Shown: piece after piece, positions 50,210-63,644 of the stretch | How positions within the stretch are numbered: the stretch's first letter is position 1 | How the letters are laid out: each line of letters starts with the position of its first letter | Assembly: GCF_001447785.1 (NCBI RefSeq) | Contig: NW_015175971.1 | Location: forward strand, 391,097-455,096 | Direction: 5' to 3' | DNA length: 64,000 nucleotides | Source of the DNA: Gekko japonicus | Lineage: Eukaryota | Made by a program: the position numbers and the translations under genes | The notes under the pieces: model-generated | What the model saw: only the letters and a program-made list of their open reading frames with translations | Databases searched by the model: none | What the model was told of the DNA's origin: nothing

Positions 50210-51691
50210 TTAATCAGACGTGTGCATGTCCACACTGTAATCCAACGTTTCAGAGGCTGACGCATCATCATCTCTCTGTTCCATATAAGATTCTGTTCTT
50301 TCCGGGGATTCTATCCTGCTTCTTACTTCAGCTGCGCCAGGATGATTCTTTCGCAGGTGCTGGTTCAGAGTTCCTTGAAAAGGAAAGCATTTCCCACAGA
50401 CCTCACAGCGGAAAGGTTTGTCATCTGTGTGACCACGGATATGGTATTCAAGCTGGTCCTTGCGCGTGTACTTCTTCCCGCAGTACTTGCACACAAAGGG
50501 GGTTATTCCCATGTGTAACCTCATGTGTCGGTCGAGACTCCCTTTCTGATTGAAAGACTTCCCACAGTATATGCAGATTAACCTTTCACTGTACGCATAC
50601 AAGTGACCTCTTGAATTCCTTTCCCGTGGACCGCTTTCATAGCCAAGATGGCTTCCTGCAGATTCGCCATCGACTCCCTGCATCAGGCTTGGAACATCAC
50701 TGTGCAAGTGACTAGCAGATACCCGTTTCTGACGCCCACGGCCTCGGAAAGAGCCTAGCATGGACCTTGACGAGCTTGAGTTTCTGAGGCTGCCAAAGCC
50801 CTCAAATACACCGGCGGACTGGGATGCACCATGGGAATATGAATAAGCATTCTGCAGTACAGAGCCATAGGAGCCAATGTTGACGGCCACTACTTGCTCC
50901 CCATCTACCATCTCAGTATGGTACCCATCATCACCAAGCGAAGAGCTATCTGAGCAACTTGGCTGGTCAGATTTCTCCATTTTAACTTTCACCTCAGCAG
51001 CCTGACTCTCTCTTACTACCAACTCCCCTTGATCATTATCCCCTTCAATCTGAACTTCATATTCCGAAACACTTCCGCTACTTCCACGGTCTGATTGGCC
51101 TTCTTCTTGCAGTCGGTTACGCAGAACCTTGGCTGGAGTAGTTTCCATTCGTAGATCACTGCCGGATGTTGACTGCCGCACCTGAGAACAATAGGGAGGA
51201 GAGACTTCAACTGGATTGGCAAAGTAGCTGCTGTCTTTAACCCCATTGTGGTTTTCTGCAGTATCCTCAGCACCAACAGTGACAGAGTCGACTTCACCAA
51301 CGCTGATCTTCGAATGGATGCTTTCGAGAATCTGTGTGCACTTATCAATGACACACTGCATCTGTAGAAAACTAGCTGCAGTTAAAAAACTAACAACATC
51401 CTTTAGCTGCAAGGACATCCTTCCAGTGTAACAAAACGAAAGCAACTGTTCAAAGACGCTGGGATTTTTAATAACTGATATCGACAGGCCACTCATGGTA
51501 CTTAATGCTGAATGGTCACGAAAATATGGAGAACTGGCAGCTAGAACAGCTTTGTGGGCTCTGAATGGCTGACCCTGGATATGCACGATGATATCACATA
51601 GCTTCCCCTGCAGGCGAAGCTCATTCAGCTGGCTCAGTACAGTGCTGCTGTATTCGGGAACATCAAACTGGATGAAACTGCCGCTGTCCAT
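50210..51691 (-). CDS. ZBTB34: Zinc finger and BTB domain-containing protein 34 (493 aa, single coding exon)
   Basis: Starts MDSGSFIQFDVPEYSSTVLSQLNELRLQGKLCDIIVHIQGQPFRAHKAVLAASSPYF (BTB domain) and has three C-terminal C2H2 fingers (CIYCGKSFNQKGSLDRHMRLH, CKYCGKKYTRKDQLEYHIRGH, CEVCGKCFPFQGTLNQHLRKNH); closely matches recalled vertebrate ZBTB34. True ATG taken as 51691. The track's 23-aa N-terminal extension crosses the splice acceptor tttacag|G at 51714/51713. Confidence 0.96.
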   Translation of the reverse strand: MDSGSFIQFDVPEYSSTVLSQLNELRLQGKLCDIIVHIQGQPFRAHKAVLAASSPYFRDHSALSTMSGLSISVIKNPSVFEQLLSFCYTGRMSLQLKDVVSFLTAASFLQMQCVIDKCTQILESIHSKISVGEVDSVTVGAEDTAENHNGVKDSSYFANPVEVSPPYCSQVRQSTSGSDLRMETTPAKVLRNRLQEEGQSDRGSSGSVSEYEVQIEGDNDQGELVVRESQAAEVKVKMEKSDQPSCSDSSSLGDDGYHTEMVDGEQVVAVNIGSYGSVLQNAYSYSHGASQSAGVFEGFGSLRNSSSSRSMLGSFRGRGRQKRVSASHLHSDVPSLMQGVDGESAGSHLGYESGPRERNSRGHLYAYSERLICIYCGKSFNQKGSLDRHMRLHMGITPFVCKYCGKKYTRKDQLEYHIRGHTDDKPFRCEVCGKCFPFQGTLNQHLRKNHPGAAEVRSRIESPERTESYMEQRDDDASASETLDYSVDMHTSD

Positions 51692-52519
51692 GTCTTCTGG
51701 CGTCAACGATAACCTGTAAATGGCACAAACACAGTATTTAGACAGGAACCTGAAATGCACAAAGCTATTTTTAAAATGGCAAGCAGTTCACTGCCACGCA
51801 TGCTAATTCAACTTTAAATTTACACTGCATCTGATCTGCACGTTGATGAGAACAAAAATACAAGGCAACTCTTTTACAAGCAGTGAGTCTCTCGCTTTTA
51901 TAATGCATTAAAAAAGGGTACAAGTTTTTAAAATTATGTGAGATGTGGCTGGTTCAGTGTTGCACGTACTGATCTTATAACTGACAGCATCACAGGCTGC
52001 TATTAAGTCAGTGAAAATCTGTGGAAATACAACTCTCAATTTGACTGTCTCTTAAGAGAACCCTCAGCTACTAATGCTTGCATTGATCAGGTATGCCAAG
52101 GCTCCTTATCCTAATGACTCGCCGGTTAAACCATTAAATAGAACCCTCAAAATACTCAGAATAAAAAATTGGCCATGCAAAAGAAAAGAGAATGCATTTT
52201 GAAAAAATGTTTTAAGCTGCACAGCTGAACTTTAGCACTGCTGATGCAAATTAGCATACCATGCAATGTAAAATTACAGCTAAGTTTGCAACACACTGAA
52301 GTTCCTTCCTTTTGTGGTTCTAAGTTTGGGTTTCTCAATTGTTTTCTTAGCTAGTCTCCTTCAGTGAAAAAGAAATGCCTGAACCTATTCTACTTATCCC
52401 CAAAAGTCATTTGTTGATGTAACCGTCTAGTTACTGTCACTGTCACTGTAACTATTTACTATAACCTATTGTTAATATAAAAGGGGAACCTGCAATGATT
52501 TCTTGGGGAAGAGAAATCC

Positions 52520-52859
52520 CACGGTGGCTCAGAGGTTAAGACGCTGAGCTGCAGACCGGAAGATCTGTAGCTTGGCAGTTCGAGACCCGAGTGCTGCGTA
52601 ACCGAGTGAGCTCCCTTCCCTGGTCCCAGCTCCTGCCAACCTAGCAGTTCAAAAGCAAGAAACTGCAAGTAGATAAATAGGTACTGCTTCGGTGGGAAAG
52701 TAACAGTGTTCCGTGCACCTCAGCGTTTAGTCATGCCGGCCACATGACCACGGAGTAGTCTTTGGACAGCGCTGGCTCTTTGGCTTGGAAACGGAGATGA
52801 GCACCACCCCCTAGAGTTGGATTCGACTGGCTTTCGAGCAAGGGAAACCTTTACCTTTC
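52520..52859 (+). mobile_element. Sauria SINE (in the ZBTB34 intron)
   Basis: Head ggtggctcagaggttaagacgctgagctgc, Sauria core and ACCTTT tail. Confidence 0.92.
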
Positions 52860-55800
52860 TCTCACTCTCACTCTGCTCGCCCACACCTGATCTTCCCTCC
52901 ATCCACCCATGCCTCTCTCCACCCACTTTATCTGCTGGTTCACCTATGTAGTCCTGCTGGCATGGCAAAATAGGAGGGGAGAGGAAGGCTCCAGCAATCC
53001 AGCATGTCACCTGAATGGGGTGGGGCATGCACAGACATTTTTGACTTTTGGGGAAGACTTACCACCCATTTTGTTTCGTTAAACAACCTGTATTTTCTTG
53101 CAAGCCTACATCTTACCTCTGGCTGGCCCTGTCATGTGGATTTTTTTGATGAAATACAAGTTAAAGGATTTATAAACAGAGGTCCACAAATCTCAGCTGG
53201 CATAACCAGCCAGCCAAAAAAACTGTTTTCTGTAACCCCATGTTCTCCACCAGATGGAGGCAACCGCGTTGATTTCAAAAGCCAAAAGCAACTGCCCTTC
53301 TCCCCAGATCTGAACTGGAGCAGGGAACTGCCGCTCTGAGACTCAGAGACTCTCAGAAACCAGTGAGATTTCCCCAAGTTCTCCAAGTGCCTGGAAAGGC
53401 AGTACAAGGAGCCTCCATCCTTTTTGAGAGTTGGAAGAAGGCTTCTGCCCATGTTGTGGTCCTGATCAAACTAAAAAAATCACCTGCCAGTGGCAAGCTG
53501 GTGAATCCTAAGCCCAAGCATTCATACATTATAAGCAAAGTACTCTGTGCTACAGATTAAATAGCTCATGACCCACAAAGTCATATGCAGCCCACCAGCC
53601 ATAATGAGTCACAGCCTGACAGGTGCTTGCCAGCTTCCTTTTGCAGTGTCAGGTAGGCAGCTAGTATAGGTGGTTTATCAATCACCTGATGGGCTGCTCC
53701 ACATGGCTACCAGGCTGCATTTGACTCTATGGGTCATAAGCAGTTGTGTAAACACACTGTCCCACAACCATAACTTGCAAAATGCAGATTCAGGCTTCAA
53801 ACTGAAAAATCTGAAAGTATATATTGCTAAGATTTGGGGTTTCCTCTTTTTCTGGCAAAACAGCCACCTTCACATTATTTCATGCTTTATTTCTCAGGAA
53901 CTGGAAAAACGCAAAGCTTTTCATTATATTGTACTACAGAAAAGATTCCAAAAACTACAGCAAGAGGCAAATAAGTGCCTGTTACAATAAAATATTACCG
54001 GGGGGGGGGGGGGGGAAGCACAATGCCGGGGGGGGGGGGGCAAGCACAACGCTGCCATCTTGTCAGACTAATTAACTAGATCTCAGAAATGCCTTTTCTA
54101 TTGCAACTCATTGTCTGAGGAGCTGTAAAAGTAGTGTTGCAAAGCCTACACTGCCAACTATAAAAGAAAGCTCTCAAATTTTGGTTGGTCCTAATGAAAA
54201 AAATCAGCTATTTGGGTCTAAGTTGGATCTCCTGAGTAAAGACCAAAGCAGTAAGATCGCATTCCTGTTTCTCCATCACGTAAGGCATCACTGAACTTGA
54301 CTCCTGAAAACATAAATCCTTAAATGGCTGATCACACACACACACACACAAAATCCAAGGCACAGACAGAATTCCAGAAAGCAAGTAAAACAGATTTAGA
54401 AGAATGAAGCGTATGTACCGTCTTCCATATTAACTACTGCCCCCTCCAAACCATGTGGTATCAAGAGCTATCTGGTTGCCTAGGAATTAAAAGTGTGTGT
54501 ACGCGATCCCCACAGGTATACAACAGTTGAACAAAGGATGCATTAAAGCCAGAATTATTTGGGTTAGCTGTAACAGCAAAAATATTCAGCTGCTACAACC
54601 AAAAGGGCACAGACGGGGGGGGGGGGGGGGGGTGGGGCACAACTATACACCAGGGAATCCCACATTTGGGGGCTTGAAAATGCAAATTCTGAAGCCAGCC
54701 TTACATATGCAAATCACCTGCTCATTTTACATGAATACACTTAATAGGCTTGCTTTATCTGTAGGATTTGTATTCTTTCTGTAAGCCATGCAATCCTATA
54801 GAAAGAAGTGATAATGATACTCTGTGAAGGGAAGAATGCTCTGGCTTCTGCCACCAAAAAGCCACAGAATAGTTACTACCATAACCTCCATACAAGCCAC
54901 TGCCACCACCAAGGGGAGACTCACTTGAACACCTGGGAATATAAATGGTCACTTCCTTTTTGACTTTATCAGACTAAACCCTCCCCCTTTCGTTTTCCAT
55001 TTGCTCCCCTTTCCTTCTGTAGCTTGCCTTTTCTAAAGCTTCAGGGTGGGGCCATTTTGGAAGACAATTGTTTGAAAAGTGAGATTTACATAAACAACCA
55101 ACCAACCCCAAATAAAAAATTATCATAAGAAAGTGGGGGTCATTGGGAACATGACAAAACAGCTATAACAGCAGCGGTTCATACCAGTAGCCTTGGAGCC
55201 TCTAGCAGACACCTGTTGATTTATTTTCCAATAACCTCCAGGCCATGCAGAAATAGTTCACTTGCACAATCCTCATTGAAATAATGAGAAGTAGCTTTTG
55301 CACAGCTCCTATCCCCTTCATTGTAAAGGAGAACCTCTGGCTAGATAACCCTCCAAGGGTCAGGTAACTGTCTCACACTCAGCTGCCTCAGTGTCCGGAA
55401 ACTGCAGTCTCTGGCAATCCCCTCACCTTGCCTCACAGGAGGACTACTTCTGAACAAAACTTCAGTGTCATGAGAACTAGGAACTTTTATATTTGTTGGT
55501 TTCTCGTGATTCTATGCAAGATGCCAGAATCACATGCAAGGTTATGTTGTATGATGCATAACAATTATTTAAGACAAGCATAAACTAAAAAGTAGGCCAA
55601 ATTCAGTTTTATCCTTTAAAAAAAAAAGTTACAACGACTGTGATCCTCTGCTGTGTGCTAAATTTACAAAGGAAGAACACACACTCTTAATATTTGTCAC
55701 TTGCAGATTCACTTGCACAAGCCTGTTTGAACGAAAAAGAATCTGTGTCCTAATTGGTGTTAAGTGATCCTGATCATGAAGAGCCTTTCCAGTTTAGCCC

Positions 55801-58800
55801 TCTTTGCAATAACCCCAGGACCCATCAGGTTCAAGGTGGCCCACAGTAAAGTGGCCAGCAGTTCACTTTCTGCCTACCCCTGCTTCAGTTTACCCAATTA
55901 GATATTTATTTATTTTGTACATTTTTATCCCACCCTTCCTCCAGTGAGCTCAAGGTTACGTACATCGGTCTCTCCCCTATTCCAATTTAAAGTAGCTTAG
56001 GCTACAGAAAGAATAACCGGTCCAAGGCTACCCAATGAGCTTTATTATAGTGAAGCAGGAATTTGAACCCAGGTCTCAGAGGTTCCAGTCCAACACTCTG
56101 ACCACTACACCACTCTCATGCTTAGAGAGGCCATGGTAACCAAAACAGCACAAAATAAATCAAATGTTGAATATATAGCTATATACATTACCTATTATGT
56201 CTAAAATGACCATTTTAGCTGGTACTTTAAGAGTATTAGCAGCTCAGCTTTAACATACAACATGCTGCATCTGTTTTAACAACATCTGAATGGTTAAATT
56301 CAAAAGGAAGCAGTTTACTTGCAGACTCCCTACTGCACTCTGTATCAACCAGCCACTTGCACTTCCAGAAAGGATATTAGGAACAAAAATCAATATGGTC
56401 ATCTTATTTATAAAAGTTATCATGACCAAAAAGGATAATTTCCTAGCCTAATTTAACCATGAAGGATTAGGGAATTACTTCCTAGCAGTCCTCGACAGTA
56501 TTATAGAACCTGGATTGCGGTAACAGAAACCCTACATGAGTCAATTTTTAGCCAGTGAATTAAGAGGAAACCTCTCTTGAGGGTCAAGATAGTTATGGGT
56601 TCCTAGTCTTGCAGCACAGATAATTAGAAGATAAAATAATCATCTTCTTTTAATCTGCAATTTGCTTCAAAAGGAGTATAAGAGAGAAAGCACTCTTAAC
56701 TACCCTGTTTAAAATAGGAAGGAGAGATACCATTTATTTTCAAAGCAGTTTCATACAATCTGAGGTTCTTTAACTGTTTATACTCGCCACCACTAAACTG
56801 ATAATTTACACTACATAGATGAATCTAATGATTTGAGAACGTTAGTTACACATTCCATAGAGATGCAAAAAAGTTAGCAAGCTTTGGGGTATCATGAAAC
56901 TCTTGGCAGGAAGTTGGTAAAAAAACCTGGGGGGTGGCTGCTGGTACAGAACATGTCAGAGGCCTATCTGCAACATGTGATGTTCTTCTAATGGCAATTC
57001 AAGAGGCTCTTTTACTACCCATCTTAACACTGTCACATATTGCAGACTGGCCTCCACGTCCCGCACCAGCAATGTCCTTTTTTTCACTCTTCACAACTCC
57101 CCAACATCTTCTCTGAAGAATTCCATGAAATATAAAAGGCAGTTAACTATTGCATGACTTCGTAGTGATCCTAATGTACCATGCTTACTTTAGCTATGTG
57201 TGTGTTGCTTCAAGAAAACAGACTAGTATAGCTGCCTAGCAGCATTTTTGTTTGTTTTGAGACAAATGCCAGGCGCAGCTTTCTGAGGCCAAACCTGACC
57301 CATAAACAGCTGCGTGCAATCCATCTTTGGGTACTCAGTGGCCTAAGAAAGCCCGTCCTGACCCATATGGCGCCAAACACACAAGATCACCACAAAAGAT
57401 ACCTATCTGAATGGGTACCTGCATCTGATCTGCGTGTGTGGTTCCCATTTCATCAAGGAATCTCTTACACGTCCCCCTTGCTAGAGCTAAAACTACAGTT
57501 ATTCCCATATACAAGCAAAATTCTCAAGATTCCTTAGGATAAGTTCACTCATCACATTTATCACATCCTTCCCATTACCACTTGAATGCATTAAACTGCC
57601 AATTTAGGTCACTCTCATTTGGGAAAGTAATCTGGGAGGCAAAATGAGAAAAACAAATTCCTGGCTGTAATGCAGTGTATGAACTCATCCTTAGAATAAA
57701 ACAGTTCTCCTATCTATGGTGGAGGCCAACTGGTTACAGGCAGCCAGAACTGGCTTATTTGTGTAAAGAACAAAGTACAAGAACATATTTTGGTTTCTTG
57801 CAGTCTACTTCTGATTTCCAGAGCAGCTGAACATATAAATACACGTACCTACTTTATACCAAGTCATACCACTGATCCATCTAGCCAGATGCTGTTTATT
57901 CCAGCTGGCACCAGCCTCTAACATTTCATGCAGGCTTTCCTAGCCCAGTAAACAGTCCTGCTGTTAACTGGAGATGGCAGGGATTGAACCATCAACAAGC
58001 AAAGGATGTGCTCTACCACAGAGTTAAGGGCCCTCTTCTAAAAAGTGCTGACATTTATATTTTAACTTCAAAACAGCAGTGAGTTTTTATCTCCCTACAA
58101 CACATTGCAAAACTCTGATGGAACAACATGGCAGAAGAATAGCAAGCACCCTTCCCTCCTCCAGTCAGATAAAACTGTCTGTGTAACCAAAGATCTCCAC
58201 ATAAACAACTGAATACAGAGAGTCTCAAGATGCACAACTCATTCCCCTGTGAGAAAAGCGGGGGGGGGGGGGGGAGCACACAAGCAGGGCCTGCATGCAA
58301 TCAACCATTCACATGGGGAAGTCATCACACAAGCAGCCATGTAGTGAATGGGTCAGGACTGCTGCTGCACTGCCACCCAGTGAATGCATGAACTGGTAGC
58401 AAAGCATTTTAAGGCACTTGGATTCAAGTCTCTCATCTTGCCTTATGTGGGTGCAGCTAGAAATGATCAGAACTGTTAATCCCACATAATTCTGTCTGCC
58501 TTATCACCAGAGCAACATTTGTTATAGGAACAGACATGCTCACACCTCCACAACAAGCCTCACAGCTCTGGAGCAGATATCAACACTTTCCAAAGCTGTG
58601 TGTAGTGGCATCATCAGGACTATAAGAAATAAATATAGATAGTGAAGAAAACAACTGTGGATGGAGGCCTCCTGGTTCTGACTCTACTCTTCTGACATAG
58701 CTAGAAGGAAACTACATTCTAAAAGTCAGTAAACATGACTTCTAAATGTGTCTATAGATTAGAGAGACTATTGAACATCCAGATATCAGTGCTGAGTGAA

Positions 58801-59949
58801 ACAGCCCCCAACATCAAATTTGCAAGCAGCAACTTGCTCAGTCATTTTGATCAGGTAAGGAATGGTTCTAAATGAACTAGAGGGGCTGCACGGGTAACTC
58901 GTTTTTTTACAATTTACAAATGAACAAAAGTTCATTTAAGCAAAAAGGTAAAATGCCAGCCTGGTCTTCCCTGTGGTGTTGGATATTCAGTTCAAAAGGG
59001 AGCTTGTCTCTATGGCAGGGAAAACCACATCAGGAAAAACATCAAACAAAACTGACTGCACAGGCCCCTCCCAGCTCCTGCTAATGACACAGACATGGTT
59101 ATATTTAAGTCATGGACCGTATCATGACACAGTTTCTTTGGATTGTAAAGGTATAAAGTCAGTTGCAAATGTTCTAAACAATGTACTCAAAACATGGGTA
59201 CACTGAACATTTTGGGTTACTATAAATATGCAGGAAACCTTCGGGGAGCCTTATGAAAATAACCCAACAGACGCACTCAAAGATTTGCTATATATAAATC
59301 AGGTTTGCTCATTTTTACCTCAACTTCCTTCCCACTTCACAGGTCAAAATTAAGACTAAGTACACAAAATGAAATTATAGACTAAATGTTTTAGGAGGGC
59401 AGGAAAAGATGCAGGTATGGATTTAGCACAAGAGAGGTCTCAGTGGGTATTTGTGAGGTCACTAGCAATGGGAGTACAATTAATTGCACTGTGGCGAGAG
59501 CTGACTTGCAGACTCATTTGCTAGTTCATTTGGCAGGCTCTGCCCAGGGATTTACATCTATCCCTGTTACTGACAAGCTCAACCCCTTACCCCATCCCCA
59601 GTCAACATCCTCCCTTTACTAGGAAGAAAGAGAGCACAAGAGTAAAATCAAATAGCTGCAAAGGTATACTTCACCCAACAGGTTTGGGAAGCCAAAAGCA
59701 ATGAAAAACTCACTTCTTGAGCACAGTTCAGCCAGGCACAGCTTCACTAAGTCTGTTAATAATGTATTCGTGGCCTGGAGAGAAAAAAGAGCTTTATTAC
59801 TTTTTTAAAATATCAAGCTACAATAATACTGTTCTTCCCTACAACTACAGATCATGGCATCCATAAAATATGTCCCTTCTTCAGCAATCATCTGCCGCCT
59901 ATCTACCTAAAAACGTGCTCCCTGTAAATATATGAAGCTACCTTATACT

Positions 59950-60299
59950 AGAGGAGCTGCGGTGGCTCAAGTGGTTAAGACGCTGAACTGCAGGCTGTGG
60001 AAGGTCAGTAGTTCAGCAGTTCAAGACCCGGGTGCCGCAAGACGGTGTGAGCTCCTGTCTCTAGTTCCAGCTCCAGCCAACCTAGCAGTTTGAAAGCAAG
60101 AGATTGCAAGTAGATAAATAGGTACCACTTCAGTGGGAAGGTAACAGCGTTCCGTGCGCCTTGGTGTTTAGTCATGCCGGCCACATGACCATGGAAATGT
60201 CTTCGGACAGCGCTGTCTCTTCGGCTTTGAAACGATGAGCACCGCAACCCTAGAGTCTGATTCGACTGGCTTTCGAGCAAGGGAACCTTTACCTTTACC
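59950..60299 (+). mobile_element. Sauria SINE inserted into an older SINE tail
   Basis: Flanking duplication ccttatact; the host sequence reads atgaagctaccttatact|gtcagacc. Confidence 0.92.
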
Positions 60300-60654
60300 T
60301 TATACTGTCAGACCTTTTAACCCACTACTGTGCAATCTGACTGGCAGAAGTCCTCCAAACTCTCCAGCTAGAATCTTTCAAAGCACTCCTATCAGAAGTA
60401 CTTTAACTAAGAGGCACAGTGGTATCGTGGTTACAATGCTGTATCAGTACTAAGCACACCAAGGTTCAAATCCCTATAAAACTCAAGGGGTAAGCTTGGA
60501 GCAGTTAGGGACTGCTCTACACACAATGTATGTGCTCTGGCACTAAGCTATGGTAATAACCACAATACCCTTCACTTGAAAAAGGAAAGGGTCTTCAAGA
60601 AATGACAATTATCTCTACAAAACAGCAGACTGCAGGGGGGCAGAACACCCATTC

Positions 60655-60975
60655 TGGAGTCGTGGTGGCTCAGAGGTTAAGACGCTGAGCTGCAGGCTGG
60701 AAGGTCGGTAGTTCGAGACCCAAGTGTGCCGCATGACAGAGTGAGCTCCCGTCTCTGGCCCAACCTAGCAGTTCAAAAGCAACAAACTGCAAGTAGATAA
60801 ATAGGTACTGCTTCGGTGGGAAGGTAACAGCATTCAGTGCGCCTCAGCATTTAGTCATGCTGGCCACATGACCACAGAGACATCTTTGGACAGCGCTGGC
60901 TCTTCGGCTTGGAAATGGAGATGAGCACCACCCCCTAGAGTCGGATTCGACTAGCTTTTGAGCAACCTTTACCTT
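60655..60975 (+). mobile_element. Sauria SINE
   Basis: 11-bp TSD agaacacccat (60642-60652, 60976-60986). Confidence 0.92.
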
Positions 60976-62249
60976 AGAACACCCATCTGCCTCCCAAGAC
61001 AAGAGTCCCTCACAGAATGCAGCACATAGCACATTCACACAACCCTTCCCTCATGCACAACTGGCATATGAAAGAGCACTGAATCCTATCGAAGGCACTA
61101 CTACCCTAATAATAAACGTTTTTCAAAGATCACCGCTTAGCAGCACAATCTTCTTTCAACTAAACAAAAAGCTTCTGCTGTAATCCAAACAGCCTCCATA
61201 TCCCTTTCAGCCAGGTTTCAATTAAAAGGTAAGCAACAGTCCTAGAGCACAGAAAAGAAAGCTGAAAATATGGAGCATCTATGAAGAAAGTGTGTTCCAT
61301 TCCTGCACCATCAAGTCACCACAGCCACCATACTTCGAGAGTCAGGGGGGAGGCAAAGGGCAGATGATGCAAACCGGAGGCAGACTTCAGCCCCTGAGAC
61401 TATATGTGCAGAGCCACCTCTTCCTCCAAATCCTTCACTAAAATCCTCTCCTTTGATAAAGCCTTTGGCTTAGCTGCCCCAATCCCTCAGCATCAACAGA
61501 AATTCAACTTACATGCCTGTAACTACATCTCTTCACATCTGTTCCTTCTTCCCAGGTGCCGTTGTTTCCTACAGGTACAAAGCTTCCCTCCTCTGCCACC
61601 TCTCTCAACAGCAAAATGCAGATTGTAAATTTGGGAAAGGAAGCCTCTCCCCCTTATGGTCTGCAAAGCACCACATATATGTATATATGCAGAGAAGTTG
61701 TGTAAATTAAAAAACACCTGACATTTTATTGTCAAACCAGCAACTGAAAAGCAAAAGGCTGCCTTACACAAAATCAGATCATTATCCCTCCAGACTGTTT
61801 AACTCTGGCAGTGGCTCAATACCGTCCACCTTTTAACTAGAGATTCCAAAATCTGGGATCTCCCACACAACAAGGCACGTGCTAAGACACAGCCCCGCTC
61901 GGGTACTACTTTACATACAACACATATTAATGTTTCCCCTTCTCAATACCCCTCTTCAAACCTTCACGGGGTATGTTTGACAACCCTCCAATATTATACA
62001 CCGCAGCAAAAAAGCTTCGTCCCTTAAGCCTCCCCCGTCCCTTCCACTTTCTGCTCAGCATCGCCATGCCGGCACAAAACGTCTTGCGTCGTTCACCAGT
62101 CATGAAAAACGGCGAGGAGCTTTCCTGACACGCTGATATCAAGCGAGGATCGTTCACAAAACACCTCTTCCCTGAGACTCAGACGAGGCGTCACCGATCT
62201 GAAGGAAATCCACAGTGGCAGTTTTTACACTAACCTTCCTGGGGGACGA

Positions 62250-62900
62250 TTAACGCAGGCGACTTCGCCAGATGCGAACGGGGCTGTCGCTAACTGAGAC
62301 CAGGGGAGTTATTCCTATCCAGACGCCCACATCCACTTCGGCGACCAAACTAGGCAAAGAGCCACACTGACCACCCAGAAAAAGAGGCAACCCCTGTGCT
62401 TAAACAGAAAGCCACTCCTGCTCCGGCCCGAGAAGACGCCCGCCTTCCCCCTCGTCCTTTGGGACTTCGGGTGCTCCCAAGATTGGGGGGGGGGGCGCGG
62501 CGGGGGGGAGCCGAAAAAGTGAAAACGTGCCCCCCCCCCCCCCCCGCCTTCCTTCCTTCCCTCACCTGCAGGGCTTGGGGGCCTCCTCACATGGCGGGTC
62601 CGCCGGAGGGAGCTCGGCCCGTCCCGAGTGCCACCTTCCCTCCGGCGCCTCCGCTGCAGCCCCTCAGCCAGCAGCGCCCGGAAGCGACTCCTTCTCTTTC
62701 CAAGAGCCACTTCCGCTACCGGGGCCATAGGCGGCGGGTGGGGCTGGAAGGCAGCGGGAGGCCCTCTTCGGCCACGCCCTCTCGGCACTTCGGCCACGCC
62801 CACTCTTGTCCCCTGCGGCCCTCGAGCCTGCGTGGCCGGGTGGGAGAGGCGCGCGCTCCTCCTCCTCCTCACGGCCAATGACAGTTTGCCGCTTCTTTCC
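62250..62900 (-). promoter_or_regulatory. CpG-island promoter of ZBTB34
   Basis: CpG-dense and GC-rich. ETS-like ccggaag (~62678) and cacttccg (~62708), KLF/SP ggccacgccc boxes (~62770, ~62792), CCAAT at ~62874, YY1-like acatggcgg at ~62589. Confidence 0.8.
62566..62700 (-). other. ZBTB34: Probable non-coding first exon of ZBTB34 (5' boundary approximate)
   Basis: Strong donor tgcag|GTGAG on the minus strand at 62566/62565 inside a CpG island; it would splice over ~10.9 kb to the acceptor at 51714. Confidence 0.7.
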
Positions 62901-63464
62901 CCCACCTTTGAATCTCCTTTCGTGTAAAAAGGACGAAAAGAGCGTTGGAGGCTATTGATCTTTTTTTTTTTTTAAAGCAGTTGAGTTGATAAGAGTATAA
63001 AAACATGGCATAAATAATGATGAAATAGAAAAGTATAACTAGAAGAAGGACCTGATAAAAATACTACTGCAAGGTCCACGTAAATAGCTGTGGAAATAAG
63101 ATACGGTTAATAACATAAGAAACACTATTGTGTGTCTGGTCGAAATTGGGCTGCAAGACCTGGGAAGCCTGTGTCAGCTGTCCTGAGCCCCCCTTCGAGA
63201 ATATAAATGGATTAGAAATAGAAATACTGACCTAGAAACATCAAATGAATACTTACCAATCTCAATGAAGCTAGTAAGTCTTTTTAAAGGACTGCAGCCA
63301 CAGCTGCTTGGGAAGAGACTTGCCAGAGGTTGTTATTTGATTAATGATGGTATTGCAGTGTGTGTAGTATAGCCAGGAGATCTGAAGATTGTTCAGCAGC
63401 CAGATGTTCTAGGTCTTTAGCATTATGCACCACTAGGTGGTGAGCTAGACTTGTTTTTAAAGGA

Positions 63465-63590
63465 AAAGATATTTCAGAGGTGGTTTGCTATTGCCTGTTT
63501 CTGCATGACGACCCTGGTATTCCTTGGAGGTTGCCCATCCAAATACTAGCCAGGGCTGACGGTGCTTAGCTTCCGCGATCAGCCAGGCCA
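63465..63590 (-). mobile_element. 5S rRNA-derived SINE fragment
   Basis: accctggtattcc..ggaggt..cccatccaaatactagccagggc..gac..tgcttagcttccg.gatcag matches the reverse complement of the 5S rRNA internal control region, and is joined to a gaggtggtttgc.attgcc SINE body. Confidence 0.7.
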
Positions 63591-63644
63591 GGGCACTAGA
63601 GGTTGTAGAAGGAAGTGGCATAAATCCCAACTATTGTCCTAGTC

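Noticed and set aside
51692-51760. 23-aa N-terminal extension of ZBTB34 in the ORF track
   Set aside because: It starts at a non-ATG codon and crosses splice acceptors; homology begins at MDSGSF.
53998-54055. Tandem poly-G plus aagcacaa units
   Set aside because: Simple low-complexity duplication; homopolymer lengths are unreliable in this assembly.
60410-60480. tRNA-like A/B boxes (also in SINE heads at 5330-5386 and elsewhere)
   Set aside because: No cloverleaf; these are SINE heads, not tRNA genes.
62315-62927. Pro/Arg/Gly-rich ORFs on both strands
   Set aside because: Expected stop-poor frames in a CpG island; no domain recognised.
63505-63582. 5S rRNA gene
   Set aside because: Partial, diverged and fused to a SINE body; not a functional rRNA gene.
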